Of a DNA stretch of 42,049 nt, positions 27,954 through 37,775 are shown piece after piece. The notes below the pieces were generated by a model, which was not told the DNA's origin, did not search any database, and was given only the letters and a program-made list of their open reading frames with translations. Both the position numbers and the translations under genes were made by a program. Location of the stretch: the UHGV virus genome UHGV-0229743. One strand, given 5' to 3'. The DNA is from a virus. The stretch's first letter is position 1. Each line of letters opens with the position of its first letter.

Positions 27954-28310
27954 TTAAACAAGCGGCTGTCCCATCTTATCATGAAAAGCTCCGATAAGAA
28001 TCATGATAAGATCGACAAGACAACCAACACCGCCAAGGCCAAAGGTAAGGAGCCAAATGATTCCCGTTCCGGTTTTATGTACGTAGAAACGATGAACGCC
28101 TAAAAAGCCAAAGAACAGGCACAGGAAAAACGCTACCCATTTCTTTTTAGGAACATAGCCGAAGCCGTTTACGTTTTTGTTTACGTTGGTGTTTACAATG
28201 TTGATAGCCGGTTGCTGTGCAGCCGCCGGAGCATCATGTGTGGCGACACCGCAATAAATGCATACTGCCGCCTTATCGTCGATTTCTTTTCCGCAATTTT
28301 TGCAAAACAT
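27954..28310 (-). CDS. Zinc-ribbon plus TM2-domain membrane protein (superinfection-exclusion candidate)
   Basis: CKNCG…CIYCG; KKKWVAFFLCLFFGFLGVHRFY. Confidence 0.85.
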   Translation of the reverse strand: MFCKNCGKEIDDKAAVCIYCGVATHDAPAAAQQPAINIVNTNVNKNVNGFGYVPKKKWVAFFLCLFFGFLGVHRFYVHKTGTGIIWLLTFGLGGVGCLVDLIMILIGAFHDKMGQPLV

Positions 28311-28384
28311 AATAAAACCCTCCAGAAAATTTTTACGGTTGACCGCAAAATAAAATTACACTAAAATGAAAGGAAAGGAGAACG

Positions 28385-28564
28385 GTGAAAAGTGAAAATG
28401 ATTGAAAACGCGTACTGGGCAAGCTGCGGCGGTTATACCGCGCAGACCCGGCAGCGTTGAGCGTGATTGAAAACATCATAGACGATTTGCAGCGCGCTAT
28501 CGACAGGGAAGCCGCGGCACTGGAAAAGTTACGGCTTGAAGCCGAAGTGCGTGCAAAATCATAA
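28385..28564 (+). pseudogene. Small helical ORF interrupted by an in-frame TGA at codon 7
   Basis: TTGACC-17-TAAAAT promoter and GAAAGGAG RBS, then GTG…END*KRVLGKLRRLYRADP…AKS*. Confidence 0.5.
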
Positions 28565-28697
28565 ATGTGAGCAATCACAATAATTTAACTGTATCATAAC
28601 ACTTAAAACGGGCGAAGTCAATAAAAAAATCAAAAAAATTTTTATCAAAGGAACGGAGTTGAACAAATTGAAGACGGTAGAAACAAGGGGAGAAATC

Positions 28698-28814
28698 ATG
28701 GACAAGATCATTTTTGCGCTGCCGCACATGACAGATGAGCAGCTTTTAAAGGTGCTGGGGTGCGTGAAAGAGCTCCGCAAGCGTAAGCCGAGGGGCGCTG
28801 CGGCGAAAAACTGA
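28698..28814 (+). CDS. Small helical protein (38 aa)
   Basis: AGGGGAG RBS; MDKIIFALPHMTDEQLLKVLGCVKELRK. Confidence 0.45.
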   Translation: MDKIIFALPHMTDEQLLKVLGCVKELRKRKPRGAAAKN

Positions 28815-28840
28815 GAAAAAGAAAGCGGCAGGCCGCCACG

Positions 28841-28981
28841 ATGAGCGTTGAAACTGATCGGACTGAAAACAGAATACGGAAAAACTTAATAGACGCAATT
28901 TTAGATATGCTGCAGGAGCTTTCCATAGATACCTTGCGAAAGATTTACATATCTGTATCGATATGGGCGGGGAAAGCGTAA
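28841..28981 (+). CDS. Small helical protein (46 aa)
   Basis: LIDAILDMLQELSIDTLRKIYISV; convergent on the repressor gene. Confidence 0.5.
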   Translation: MSVETDRTENRIRKNLIDAILDMLQELSIDTLRKIYISVSIWAGKA

Positions 28982-28992
28982 GCGCACAAAGC

Positions 28993-29033
28993 AAAAGGCG
29001 AGGACCGATAAAAATTCGGTTCTCGCCTTTTTT
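28993..29033. terminator. Bidirectional terminator
   Basis: AAAAGGCGAGGACCG…CGGTTCTCGCCTTTT. Confidence 0.75.
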
Positions 29034-29412
29034 ATTTGTCTTCCGACAGTATCTTGCAAATCTTTTCAAGCCCTTTTACAAAAATCGGCAGATACTCATC
29101 GGGTAGCTGCGCTATAGCGCGAAGCAGTCGGCTTCGGTCGTCATCATCGATTTGTGCTCTGGCAAAAATCTCCGCCAATGCTTCCTCACGTGTTTTCTGC
29201 TTAAACATTTCGCCTACACCGGTACGCAACCAGATTAGATCGACACCAAAAACACGGCAAATATCGGCGATTGTGCGATCGCCAATTCCTGATTTTCCAG
29301 AACAAATAAGGCTCAAACTACCTTGTTTTATTCCTATCTTTTCCGCAAACTCAGATTGCGTAAGGGATGAAGCTTTTAAGACCTTTTGCACACGCTCGTT
29401 TATTGTTTCCAT
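29032..29412 (-). CDS. CI-like XRE repressor
   Basis: LTQSEFAEKIGIKQGSLS…WLRTGVGEMF; divergent from the early operon; no S24 peptidase domain. Confidence 0.88.
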   Translation of the reverse strand: METINERVQKVLKASSLTQSEFAEKIGIKQGSLSLICSGKSGIGDRTIADICRVFGVDLIWLRTGVGEMFKQKTREEALAEIFARAQIDDDDRSRLLRAIAQLPDEYLPIFVKGLEKICKILSEDK

Positions 29413-29433
29413 TCGTTCACCTCCTTATATAGT

Positions 29434-29522
29434 ATTATACCATAATACGAAATAAAGTCAATGAAAAAATATTTGCCACCAATAAAATAAAGCTTGACAA
29501 TATAGCTCACCTATGGTATTAT
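29434..29522. promoter_or_regulatory. Divergent lysis/lysogeny promoters
   Basis: Minus strand TTGACT(29461-29456)…TGGTATAAT(to 29434); plus strand TTGACA(29494-29499)-17-TATTAT with extended TG. Confidence 0.75.
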
Positions 29523-29565
29523 ATAGGTAACAAATAATAGAGAGCAAAAAAAGGAGGTAAATTTA

Positions 29566-29754
29566 ATGTACGAGGTTTTAACGCACGAAGCAGAAAAAGC
29601 TATCCAGATCGTTAAAGCTGTGCCTGCGGACAAACGCGCTCTTGCCGTGAAGATGGCAGAGATTTACGCTGCAGGCCTTAAGGACGGCGTGGAGCTGGTA
29701 ACGATGCGCACCGAGCGCAAAGACGCAGACGCACCCGACCCGAAAGCGGGATAA
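29566..29754 (+). CDS. First early gene (Cro position), hypothetical
   Basis: AAGGAGGT RBS; divergent from the repressor; no clear HTH. Confidence 0.65.
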   Translation: MYEVLTHEAEKAIQIVKAVPADKRALAVKMAEIYAAGLKDGVELVTMRTERKDADAPDPKAG

Positions 29755-29776
29755 GGTAAGGAGGAGAGAAAGCGGA

Positions 29777-30010
29777 ATGAAAATGGGAGAAGAAAACGTC
29801 ATCCGTTTTAGAGGAACGGAAAACGCTAGAATTGTTAAGCTGATTCGCACGGCTGCACCAATTGGTGCCGGGACAGAAGACAACCCGGTAAGACGTGTGT
29901 ACCAGTATTGGAGTTTAGACGGCGAGCTGCTGTTTACCAAGGATGATTACCTAAACGGCAAAATTGAAGAAACAAGATGGACTTGCGATAGAGGGTGGGA
30001 AGAGAGGTGA
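29777..30010 (+). CDS. Hypothetical protein
   Basis: GAGTEDNPVRRVYQYWSLDGELL. Confidence 0.7.
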   Translation: MKMGEENVIRFRGTENARIVKLIRTAAPIGAGTEDNPVRRVYQYWSLDGELLFTKDDYLNGKIEETRWTCDRGWEER

Positions 30011-30014
30011 GGGA

Positions 30015-30089
30015 ATGGAAACCTTGACTTTGATACTTGCACTGGTCAGCCTGGTGCTTAGCATCATCACGGCTATTTCGAGACGGTGA
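30015..30089 (+). CDS. 24-aa hydrophobic peptide
   Basis: GAGGTG RBS; METLTLILALVSLVLSIITAISRR. Confidence 0.4.
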   Translation: METLTLILALVSLVLSIITAISRR

Positions 30090-30585
30090 GTTTCGATATT
30101 TTGTATCGCTTCTTTCCTCGGTTTGTCATGATGATGAGTTCCCAGTCGGAGAGGTCGTCCGGCGTGTCCACTGCGGTTTCGACCATAAAATAGCTGCCGA
30201 CAACGCCCATACCCGGAATGTACTGGGGAAGCGGTACAGAATCAACACAAATTCGGTCAACAACAATTTCACCTTTTTTATGTTCCCAGATGTATACGCG
30301 CTCTGGTACGTCGCTGAAATCATACACCTTGCCTTTATGTTTCAACTGCATTCGACTTACAGAGAGCGCAGTATGAGAGCGATTTTCGATACTCATGAAA
30401 AATCTGAAACTTTTATGATTAAAACGTATCGGACACGGACTGTATGATCTAAAAGCAATATGTATCTTGAAACGGTTTTGAACAATATCTTTTGTAAAAT
30501 TGTAGACCGACAACAATGCGCCGAGAATGGCAATCGCAAAAGTAATGTTTGAGTAAGTAAAAATTTCTGAAAAATCAATATCCAT
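30073..30585 (-). CDS. Moron: AT-rich protein with N-terminal TM helix
   Basis: AAGGAG RBS; opposite orientation inside the early operon. Confidence 0.75.
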   Translation of the reverse strand: MDIDFSEIFTYSNITFAIAILGALLSVYNFTKDIVQNRFKIHIAFRSYSPCPIRFNHKSFRFFMSIENRSHTALSVSRMQLKHKGKVYDFSDVPERVYIWEHKKGEIVVDRICVDSVPLPQYIPGMGVVGSYFMVETAVDTPDDLSDWELIIMTNRGKKRYKISKLTVSK

Positions 30586-30786
30586 GCAAAAATCTCCTTT
30601 TTCTTACATATTATCACAAGAAACAAAGATGTACAAGAAATCGGGAAATAATGAAAAAAACAAAATTCCGGCTTTCCCACATGCCGCCCTAAAAACTTGC
30701 CATACACATACACTCCTTTCACGTGATCCATATTTTGCGGGAGGGCGGCAGCTGGGAGGGCCGGAAAATAAGACAGGAGGTAAATA

Positions 30787-31032
30787 ATGCCAAGATTAAA
30801 ACCGTCGCCCGCAGAACAGCGGAGACAGACGTTTAGGTCGATAATGCGTTACAACGCCGACCGTATGGGCCTGACGACCGATGAAAAGACTGCGAAATAC
30901 TTGGGTATATCCCCGCAGCTTTATAGCTACCGTATGCGTAACCTTTCAGCGTGGTCGTATGAGGATTTGTGCAACATCTTTAAAAAACTGCGTTTCTCAC
31001 AAAGCGACATCGAGACGCTGTTTAAAAATTAA
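30787..31032 (+). CDS. HTH DNA-binding protein
   Basis: TAKYLGISPQLYSYRMRN. Confidence 0.75.
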   Translation: MPRLKPSPAEQRRQTFRSIMRYNADRMGLTTDEKTAKYLGISPQLYSYRMRNLSAWSYEDLCNIFKKLRFSQSDIETLFKN

Positions 31033-31050
31033 AGGAAAGGAGGAAACAAC

Positions 31051-31272
31051 ATGATTTTGGTTTTGTGCGGCAGTATCGCCGCCGGATGCGCGCTCGTCAC
31101 GCTGGCCTACGGCGCGGAACAAATCCTCGCAAGAGCTGCAAAGCCGCCGAAAAGGAAAAGAACCGCCCGCCCCGGTGCGGAGATCATCGACATCGGCAAA
31201 TACCGCAGCTGGCGCGACGCCGTGCGCGTGTATGAGACAGTGACAACAGACGGAAAGGAAAGACAAGCGTGA
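31051..31272 (+). CDS. Small membrane-anchored hypothetical protein
   Basis: AAGGAGG RBS; hydrophobic N-terminus. Confidence 0.65.
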   Translation: MILVLCGSIAAGCALVTLAYGAEQILARAAKPPKRKRTARPGAEIIDIGKYRSWRDAVRVYETVTTDGKERQA

Positions 31273-31390
31273 GCCGTAAAAAAGAAAAGTGCCCCGGACT
31301 GCGGGAACAGTCACAGGGGCACAGAAGAAAAAAGATATTTAATCAATTTAATTGTAATAGCGCAGGCCAAAAAAGTCAAGGGGGACGGAA

Positions 31391-33328
31391 ATGAAACTGC
31401 TTAGTTTGAAACTGGAAAATTTTATGGGTGTGAAGGCGTTTGATTTCGCGCCCCTTGGGCATTCGGTGACGGTGCTCGGCGCGAACGACAGCGGCAAAAG
31501 CACGCTGGAGAATGCCTACTGGTGGCTGCTCACCGGCAAGAACGCCGATCAGAGCACGGATTTTGACGTTTACCCTTACGGTGCTCCGGAGGGTGTGGAA
31601 GCGTCCGTTACGGGCGAATTCGAAGACGATAACGGCGATACGTTCACGCTGACCCGTACCTATAAACGCGAGTTCACCCGCCGCAAGGGCGACGCGGAAG
31701 CGGCATTCAAGGGCAACAAGACTTCGTATCTCATCAACGGCGTGCCGGAGACGCAGACGAAATTCAAGGCGTTCGTCGCGGAGCGGATCGCCCCGGAGGA
31801 CAAGCTGCTCGTGCTCGGCAAGCTCCATTATTTTGCCATGAATATGAAGTGGGACGCACGCCGCGCGGTGCTGCTGGATGTTTTTGCGCCGCATTTGAGC
31901 GATGCGGACATTATCAAGGCGCACGAGGAGCTCGCCCCGCTGGGCGGGTGGATCGGCGCGATGACGACCGTCGACGATATGGCGCGCCAGGCAAAAGCGA
32001 AGCGCCGCGAATTAAACGCCGAGCTGAACGAGATCCCGGCGCGCATCGACGAAGCCGAGCGCAGCAAGCCGATTTTGCCGTCGGAGAGCGCACGACCCAG
32101 TACAGCGGCGCTCATGAAAGAGAAAATGAAGCTCGTCAGCGAGCTGGAAGGCTATAAAGCCAACGCGGATGCCGCGACGCTCCGCACGAGGATCGCCGAA
32201 CAGAAAGCCAAAGCCGCCGAAGCGAAGGCAGCGTACATAAAGGACAGCACAGCCGGCAGCACGACGATCACCCGGCAGGCGGAAACACTCCGTGAACGTA
32301 TTCGCCGCACGGAAGAAAAGCAGATGCAGCTTGAGAAGGGTTACAAAGCGAACGTCTCGATGAAAGAAAGCCTTGAGCAGGAGCTCAACGAGCTCAGAAA
32401 ACAGGCGGTCGACAATCATAATGAGCAGTTCCCGACAGACCGAACGATCTGCCCGACCTGCGGACAGCTTCTCCCGGAGGAACGCCTGGAAGAGATGAAA
32501 GCCGAATTCAACACACGCAAAGCCCGGCGCGGCGATGAGATCACGAAAAAAGGACTTGAGTTGAAAGCTTTATGCGAATCCACGGTGCAGCGTGTAAACG
32601 AGCTGGCGGCAGAGCTGAAAGACATAGAAGTACATTTGAGCTCCGATAACGAGATGCTACATAGCTTGACCGTGAGCATTGTCACGCCGCCTGCATGGGA
32701 GACCACGGTCGACGCGATGGCATATAACACGGAACTCCGCGAGCTGGAAGCGAAATTGAAAGAAGCCGAGCAGACGACCGATGAAAAATACCTTGCGGCA
32801 CAGAAGCGCATGGACGAGCTGAACGCGCAGCTTGCTTCCGGCGATACCCGCGCCGCAGCCGAAGCGCAGATCAAGGCGCTCGATAAACGCATCGAGGAGC
32901 TGAAAACGCAGGAAACGTACCTCGGGCGGCAGCTCGCCGAAGCGGATCAGCGCATTACCCTGGCGGAACGCTTCGTGCAGCTTCAGGCGGCGGACATTGA
33001 GGACAAGATCAATGCAGGCTTTCAGCGTGTGCGGTGGGTCATGTTTGATAGGCAGGTCAACGGCGGTATCGCACCGTGCTGCCGGGCAACGGTGCAGAGC
33101 GACAAGGAAGACGTTTACACCGCATACGAGAGCAATACAAACACCGCGCGGCAGTATAACGCCGGGTTGGACATCATCGCGGCACTTTCCGAAGCGATGG
33201 GCTTACATTTACCGGTCTGGGTGGATAATGCGGAAAGCTGCACGAAATTGGAAAACATCAAAAATCAAACGATCCGCTTGCAGGTTGCGGCAGAACACAA
33301 AAAAATCAAAGTGGAGGCAGACAAATGA
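31391..33328 (+). CDS. SbcC/Rad50-like AAA ATPase
   Basis: Walker A GANDSGKST, zinc hook CPTCGQ, coiled coils, VWVDNAES. Confidence 0.9.
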   Translation: MKLLSLKLENFMGVKAFDFAPLGHSVTVLGANDSGKSTLENAYWWLLTGKNADQSTDFDVYPYGAPEGVEASVTGEFEDDNGDTFTLTRTYKREFTRRKGDAEAAFKGNKTSYLINGVPETQTKFKAFVAERIAPEDKLLVLGKLHYFAMNMKWDARRAVLLDVFAPHLSDADIIKAHEELAPLGGWIGAMTTVDDMARQAKAKRRELNAELNEIPARIDEAERSKPILPSESARPSTAALMKEKMKLVSELEGYKANADAATLRTRIAEQKAKAAEAKAAYIKDSTAGSTTITRQAETLRERIRRTEEKQMQLEKGYKANVSMKESLEQELNELRKQAVDNHNEQFPTDRTICPTCGQLLPEERLEEMKAEFNTRKARRGDEITKKGLELKALCESTVQRVNELAAELKDIEVHLSSDNEMLHSLTVSIVTPPAWETTVDAMAYNTELRELEAKLKEAEQTTDEKYLAAQKRMDELNAQLASGDTRAAAEAQIKALDKRIEELKTQETYLGRQLAEADQRITLAERFVQLQAADIEDKINAGFQRVRWVMFDRQVNGGIAPCCRATVQSDKEDVYTAYESNTNTARQYNAGLDIIAALSEAMGLHLPVWVDNAESCTKLENIKNQTIRLQVAAEHKKIKVEADK

Positions 33329-33687
33329 GCGAATATTTGAAAGATAACGAAACGATCACCGTGCCGGTAACCGGCAAACCCGTTTCAATCTGGAGCGGCG
33401 AGCTGAAGAATATCATTTATGCCATTGATGATAAAATCGTTCGCGCGTTGCGCACAGCGTTGGAAAATCGCACTGGGTTTGAAGTCAACGCGAAGATCAC
33501 ATTCGCGCCGACGCAACACAACGGGCAGACCTTGTTTGCCGTAACCTACAAAACAAACCATAAATTTGACCCGATACAGGTCGAAGACAAAGCGGCTCTG
33601 AATGACTTTTTGCCGGTGGCGATCGATGAATACGGGCAGCTTGTCATCCCGGACGATGCAGAATATCAGACAATGCTTGACGACTAA
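33325..33687 (+). CDS. Hypothetical protein
   Basis: Translationally coupled ORF with GGAGG RBS. Confidence 0.7.
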   Translation: MSEYLKDNETITVPVTGKPVSIWSGELKNIIYAIDDKIVRALRTALENRTGFEVNAKITFAPTQHNGQTLFAVTYKTNHKFDPIQVEDKAALNDFLPVAIDEYGQLVIPDDAEYQTMLDD

Positions 33688-33702
33688 AAGGAGAAACAAC
33701 AA

Positions 33703-34512
33703 ATGAACAACAATCTTGCAAAAATCGACCAGTTTAAAGGCGTGCTGAACAGCCAGACCATTCGCGCCCAACTGAAAAACAGCTTGAAGGACAAAGCGGG
33801 ACAGTTTATGAGCAGCATGATCGACCTGTATTCCGGCGAAACGGCGCTCCAGAATTGTGACCCGGAAAAGGTGGCGCTGGAATGCGTCAAAGCGGCCGCG
33901 CTTGACTTGCCGCTTGTAAAATCTCTCGGCTATGCGTATGTTGTGCCGTACAAAAATGTGCCGACATTTACGATCGGATACAAGGGCCTCATACAGCTTG
34001 CGCAGCGTACCGGACAGTATAAAGTCATCAATGCCGACGTGGTTTACGATGGCGAGCTTCGCGGCTTTGATAAGCTCTCCGGCATCCCGGATATTTCTGG
34101 CGAGCGCATCTCGGATACGATTGTAGGCTATTTTGCATACTTTAAGTTGCTCAATGGGCACGAGCACGTCTATTACATGAGCAAGCCGGATATGGAGGCT
34201 TACGCGGAGCGCTACTCACCGAGCTACAACAGCAAGTACAGCCCATGGCAGACCGACTTTGACAAGATGGCCATGAAAACAGTCCTGCGCCAGCTCATCA
34301 GTAAATGGGGTCCGACCTCTACGGAGATGCAGAGGGTCGAAGCGCTCGACGATAAGGGAAAAACACCTGTTCAGGAGATGCAGGATAAAGCCAACAAAAC
34401 CATGATCGACATCCAGGTCGACGAGAACACCGGCGAAGTGATGAACCCGGAGGCGTTGCCGGTACCCGAAGAATCCATGCCGGAAGAGGCACCGTTTGTG
34501 CCCGGTTTTTAA
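33703..34512 (+). CDS. recT: RecT-family recombinase
   Basis: LGYAYVVPY, IGYKGLIQLAQRTGQY and MAMKTVLR motifs. Confidence 0.92.
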   Translation: MNNNLAKIDQFKGVLNSQTIRAQLKNSLKDKAGQFMSSMIDLYSGETALQNCDPEKVALECVKAAALDLPLVKSLGYAYVVPYKNVPTFTIGYKGLIQLAQRTGQYKVINADVVYDGELRGFDKLSGIPDISGERISDTIVGYFAYFKLLNGHEHVYYMSKPDMEAYAERYSPSYNSKYSPWQTDFDKMAMKTVLRQLISKWGPTSTEMQRVEALDDKGKTPVQEMQDKANKTMIDIQVDENTGEVMNPEALPVPEESMPEEAPFVPGF

Positions 34513-35229
34513 TTGATCTCGGTCAAATGCCTGGCATCCGGCAGCACAGGAAACAGCTACGCCGTGGACGACGGAAAAAGCGTCCTACTGCTGGAGGCCG
34601 GCATCCGAAAAAGGACGATACTCGCGGGGTATATGAATTTGCTTATGCGTGTGCAGGGGTGCCTTATCACACATGAGCACCAAGACCACGCCAAATCAGC
34701 GCTTGGCTTGCCGATGGCGGGCATCGATGTTTACGCGTCGGGAGGGACGTTTGCCGCGCTGAACGCCGAGAAAAACCGCCGAAACTACCGATTACACAGC
34801 ATCAAAGCGGGCGAGCAGTTTACACTCGGCACGTGGACGGTGCTGCCGTGGGAAGCGCAGCACGATGCTGCGGAGCCGCTGGGTTTCCTCCTGTACTCGA
34901 AAGAGACGGGGGACAAGCTGATTTTTGCGACAGATACTTATTTTATCCCCAATATATTTCGCGGCCTGACGTGTATCATGATCGAGTGCAATTACGATAG
35001 GACGCTATTAGATTGCAATGTCAGCGCCGGCGTCGTGCCGGAGTCTCTCCGGCCGCGCCTTGTTCGCAGTCATTTTTCGCTCGATAATGTCCGAACATTT
35101 CTTACCGCCAACAATCTTTCAACCGTGCAGCGTATTTACCTATTGCATGTATCAAATCAAAACGGCGACAAGGACGCATTCAGGCGCGACATCGAAGCCC
35201 TGACCGGCATACCGGTCACCGTATTTTAG
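34513..35229 (+). CDS. MBL-fold metallohydrolase (nuclease partner of RecT)
   Basis: ASGSTGN, THEHQDH, HDA, TDT and ECNY motifs. Confidence 0.9.
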   Translation: MISVKCLASGSTGNSYAVDDGKSVLLLEAGIRKRTILAGYMNLLMRVQGCLITHEHQDHAKSALGLPMAGIDVYASGGTFAALNAEKNRRNYRLHSIKAGEQFTLGTWTVLPWEAQHDAAEPLGFLLYSKETGDKLIFATDTYFIPNIFRGLTCIMIECNYDRTLLDCNVSAGVVPESLRPRLVRSHFSLDNVRTFLTANNLSTVQRIYLLHVSNQNGDKDAFRRDIEALTGIPVTVF

Positions 35230-35234
35230 AGGAG

Positions 35235-36047
35235 GTGAGCCGAACGGCCGGAAGACGTCCTAAAAAGGGGCTCGACTGGTTCAAGAAAGATGTCAGCTAT
35301 TATGAGGATTTTAAGGTCATGGACCTTATCAATGAGTACGGCCCTTTAGGCAGCACGATATTTGATTGCATCCTTTGCATGATATATCGTGAGGGATATT
35401 ACCTTGAGCTGCCGCTCGATAAACTGTGCCTCGCAGTCGTGAAGTCGATCGGCAGCAAATGGGTCAAAAAACACCAGGTGATGCAAGTCATCCAGTATTG
35501 TGCGGATATAGGCTTATTCGATAAAAGCCTCCTCGCGCGATCTGTGGTAACCTCTGCGGGACTCCAGCGTCGCTACGCCGATGTGACCTCGAGGAACAAG
35601 GTGGATAAATCCTTATATTGGTTGATCGACGATGACGGTCAGCTCTTAAAAACTATACCCCAAAATGTTATTTCTGATACAGAAAAGCGCATTTCTGCAA
35701 CAGAAATCCCAATTTCTACCGCAGAAATGCAACAAGAGACAGAAGTAAGAAAGAAGAATAAGATAGAGAGTCATAGAGCGGCTTGCGCCGCGGCTCCCTC
35801 TTTGGCTGAAGTTAAGGCGTATTGTGAGGAAAAAGGTTTTACCGTTGACCCGGAGCGATTTTGGAATTATTACGAGACGTTAGGCTGGGAAATCAACGGA
35901 CAACCGGTGCGAAGCTGGAGAGCTCTACTCGGTAACTGGAGTTTATCCGAGCGGTGGAAGCCTCCGAAGCACGAACCGTCTTATGATCTTAGTGAGTACG
36001 AGAAATATGATATCTTCGCGGCAGCGAAGGCGAAAGGTGAAGTATGA
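35235..36047 (+). CDS. Replication initiator (DUF4373/Lin1244-like)
   Basis: GRRPKKGLDWF, IYREGYY, TSAGLQRRY and PERFWNYY..GW motifs. Confidence 0.8.
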   Translation: MSRTAGRRPKKGLDWFKKDVSYYEDFKVMDLINEYGPLGSTIFDCILCMIYREGYYLELPLDKLCLAVVKSIGSKWVKKHQVMQVIQYCADIGLFDKSLLARSVVTSAGLQRRYADVTSRNKVDKSLYWLIDDDGQLLKTIPQNVISDTEKRISATEIPISTAEMQQETEVRKKNKIESHRAACAAAPSLAEVKAYCEEKGFTVDPERFWNYYETLGWEINGQPVRSWRALLGNWSLSERWKPPKHEPSYDLSEYEKYDIFAAAKAKGEV

Positions 36048-36493
36048 AAATCAAATTTATAATACCGGGCGAACCGCAGGGCAAAGCCCGGCCGCGTGTA
36101 GTGCGGATGAAATCCGGGCGCAGCATGAGCTACACGCCCGATAAAACCGTGGCATATGAGGAGCTTGTAAGGCAACGCTTTTTAGCGGAGGCACAGGGTA
36201 GGCGCTTTGCCGATGATGCACCAATCGATATAATCATCACGGCATTTTTGAGTATCCCAAAGAGCGCCAGCAAGCAAAAGCAAATGCTGATGACGAGCGG
36301 CGCACTTTTCCCGCAGAAAAAGCCGGACTTGGACAATATCATGAAGATTGTGTGCGACGCCTTAAACGGTTTTGCTTACAGAGATGACGCGCAGATCGTG
36401 AATGCAAAGATCTGTAAGCGGTGGTCGTCGGATACACCAAGTGTCTGGGTGACGATAGAGGGAGATGAGCACAAAAGCAATGGACATACGTAA
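36044..36493 (+). CDS. rusA: RusA Holliday junction resolvase
   Basis: GEPQGKARPR and KKPDLDNIMKIVCDALNG…DDAQIV. Confidence 0.93.
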   Translation: MKIKFIIPGEPQGKARPRVVRMKSGRSMSYTPDKTVAYEELVRQRFLAEAQGRRFADDAPIDIIITAFLSIPKSASKQKQMLMTSGALFPQKKPDLDNIMKIVCDALNGFAYRDDAQIVNAKICKRWSSDTPSVWVTIEGDEHKSNGHT

Positions 36494-36701
36494 ATTTAGC
36501 GCAACAGGCATTAAAGAGCCGTACTACATAATGCTTTCGGGGACAAATCGCCGGGCAAGCTGCCGAGGCTGCATATACCGGCGCGGGATAGGTTCGCGCG
36601 GAGACCGATACAGCGTGTGCTGCTATTGCTATGATACGGGCCTCCCGCGCGGATGCCCGCCCGAAAAGTGCGACAAAAAAGTGAAGAAACACCATGAGTA
36701 A
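36480..36701 (+). CDS. Cys-rich hypothetical protein
   Basis: CRGCIY…CCYC…RGCPPEKCDK. Confidence 0.65.
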   Translation: MDIRKFSATGIKEPYYIMLSGTNRRASCRGCIYRRGIGSRGDRYSVCCYCYDTGLPRGCPPEKCDKKVKKHHE

Positions 36702-36721
36702 ACAAAGAGGAGCAAAATAAA

Positions 36722-37225
36722 ATGATCGTATTTAATGAGCAGGAGTACAGCAAAGAAGCACTTAAAGTATTGAGTGCGGCGATTGAAAACGTAATGGCGG
36801 CGTGCATAGAGTGTCAAAAAAGTTGCGCCCAATGCCCGCTTGAGAAATTAACAAACGAAGCACTGGAGGCACGAAATGCACTGCTGTACGAAATCAATAA
36901 TTTCCCGCAGAAAAACAAAGGCATGGATAGAAAAGAAATCCTTGAAGCCGCAAAACGCTGCGTATGCGGAGACCGCGAGCAGGACTACGGCACGCCGGAG
37001 AAAAATTTTGAGTTGATCGCCGAGCTGTGGACGAAATACCTTAAAGCAAAATGCGTAAATCCGGGCGCAGATGTAAGCATAAGAGGCGAAGACATTGCAA
37101 CGATGATGTGCCTTTTTAAAATTGCCCGCATTGCAACGGGCAGAGGCAAAGCCGATAGCTTTATTGATCTTGCCGGGTACGCAGCTTGTGCCGGAGAGCT
37201 GGCAACAGGAGGAGGCGCAGAATGA
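36722..37225 (+). CDS. Hypothetical protein with DUF6378-like C-terminal domain
   Basis: DREQDYGTPEKNF..IA.LW…KIAR…DS..DLAGYA. Confidence 0.75.
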   Translation: MIVFNEQEYSKEALKVLSAAIENVMAACIECQKSCAQCPLEKLTNEALEARNALLYEINNFPQKNKGMDRKEILEAAKRCVCGDREQDYGTPEKNFELIAELWTKYLKAKCVNPGADVSIRGEDIATMMCLFKIARIATGRGKADSFIDLAGYAACAGELATGGGAE

Positions 37226-37554
37226 AAGCTTTACAGCGATACCAAATGAGCAAAACGGAAAAAGCGGCGTTGAAAGCGGAAATAGCGAGGCAGGTGCATG
37301 AACTTGATGAAAAGTTTTCGGCCGAAATCTGCGCCATGCTGCTTTGGGCGTTGCACGAGAAATTCGGTTTCGGCGCCGACCGCCTCCGCCGCGTGTGGGA
37401 CTGCGTGGCGGTGCACCGTGCGGAATTGCTCAAACATTACGATATGCAGGATAACGCCGAATTTATTTTGCTTTACAAGCTGCGCCAGATCGGCGTAGAC
37501 GTGGAAAAGTGGACGGCGGAACCGCAAACGCAAAAGGTGGTGCTGAAAGAATGA
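37222..37554 (+). CDS. Hypothetical protein
   Basis: GGAGG RBS; LHEKFGFGADRL. Confidence 0.7.
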   Translation: MKALQRYQMSKTEKAALKAEIARQVHELDEKFSAEICAMLLWALHEKFGFGADRLRRVWDCVAVHRAELLKHYDMQDNAEFILLYKLRQIGVDVEKWTAEPQTQKVVLKE

Positions 37555-37775
37555 CGCGGCGTCTGGGCCCATGCCCGCAGAACTGCCCGGACAGATACGC
37601 AAACGAGCACGAGACTTGTCACAGCACGTGCCAAAGGTACATGAGATACAAGCTCACAAAACTGCTTGAGAGTAAGCAGCGCGCGAAAGCAATAGACGAG
37701 GTAGGCTTCCACCGAGACGTGCGAAAAGCCGTTGAGAAAAAACACGAAAGGAAGATCAGATATGACAACAGATGA
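37551..37775 (+). CDS. Cys-rich hypothetical protein
   Basis: PCPQNCPDR…CHSTC. Confidence 0.65.
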   Translation: MTRRLGPCPQNCPDRYANEHETCHSTCQRYMRYKLTKLLESKQRAKAIDEVGFHRDVRKAVEKKHERKIRYDNR

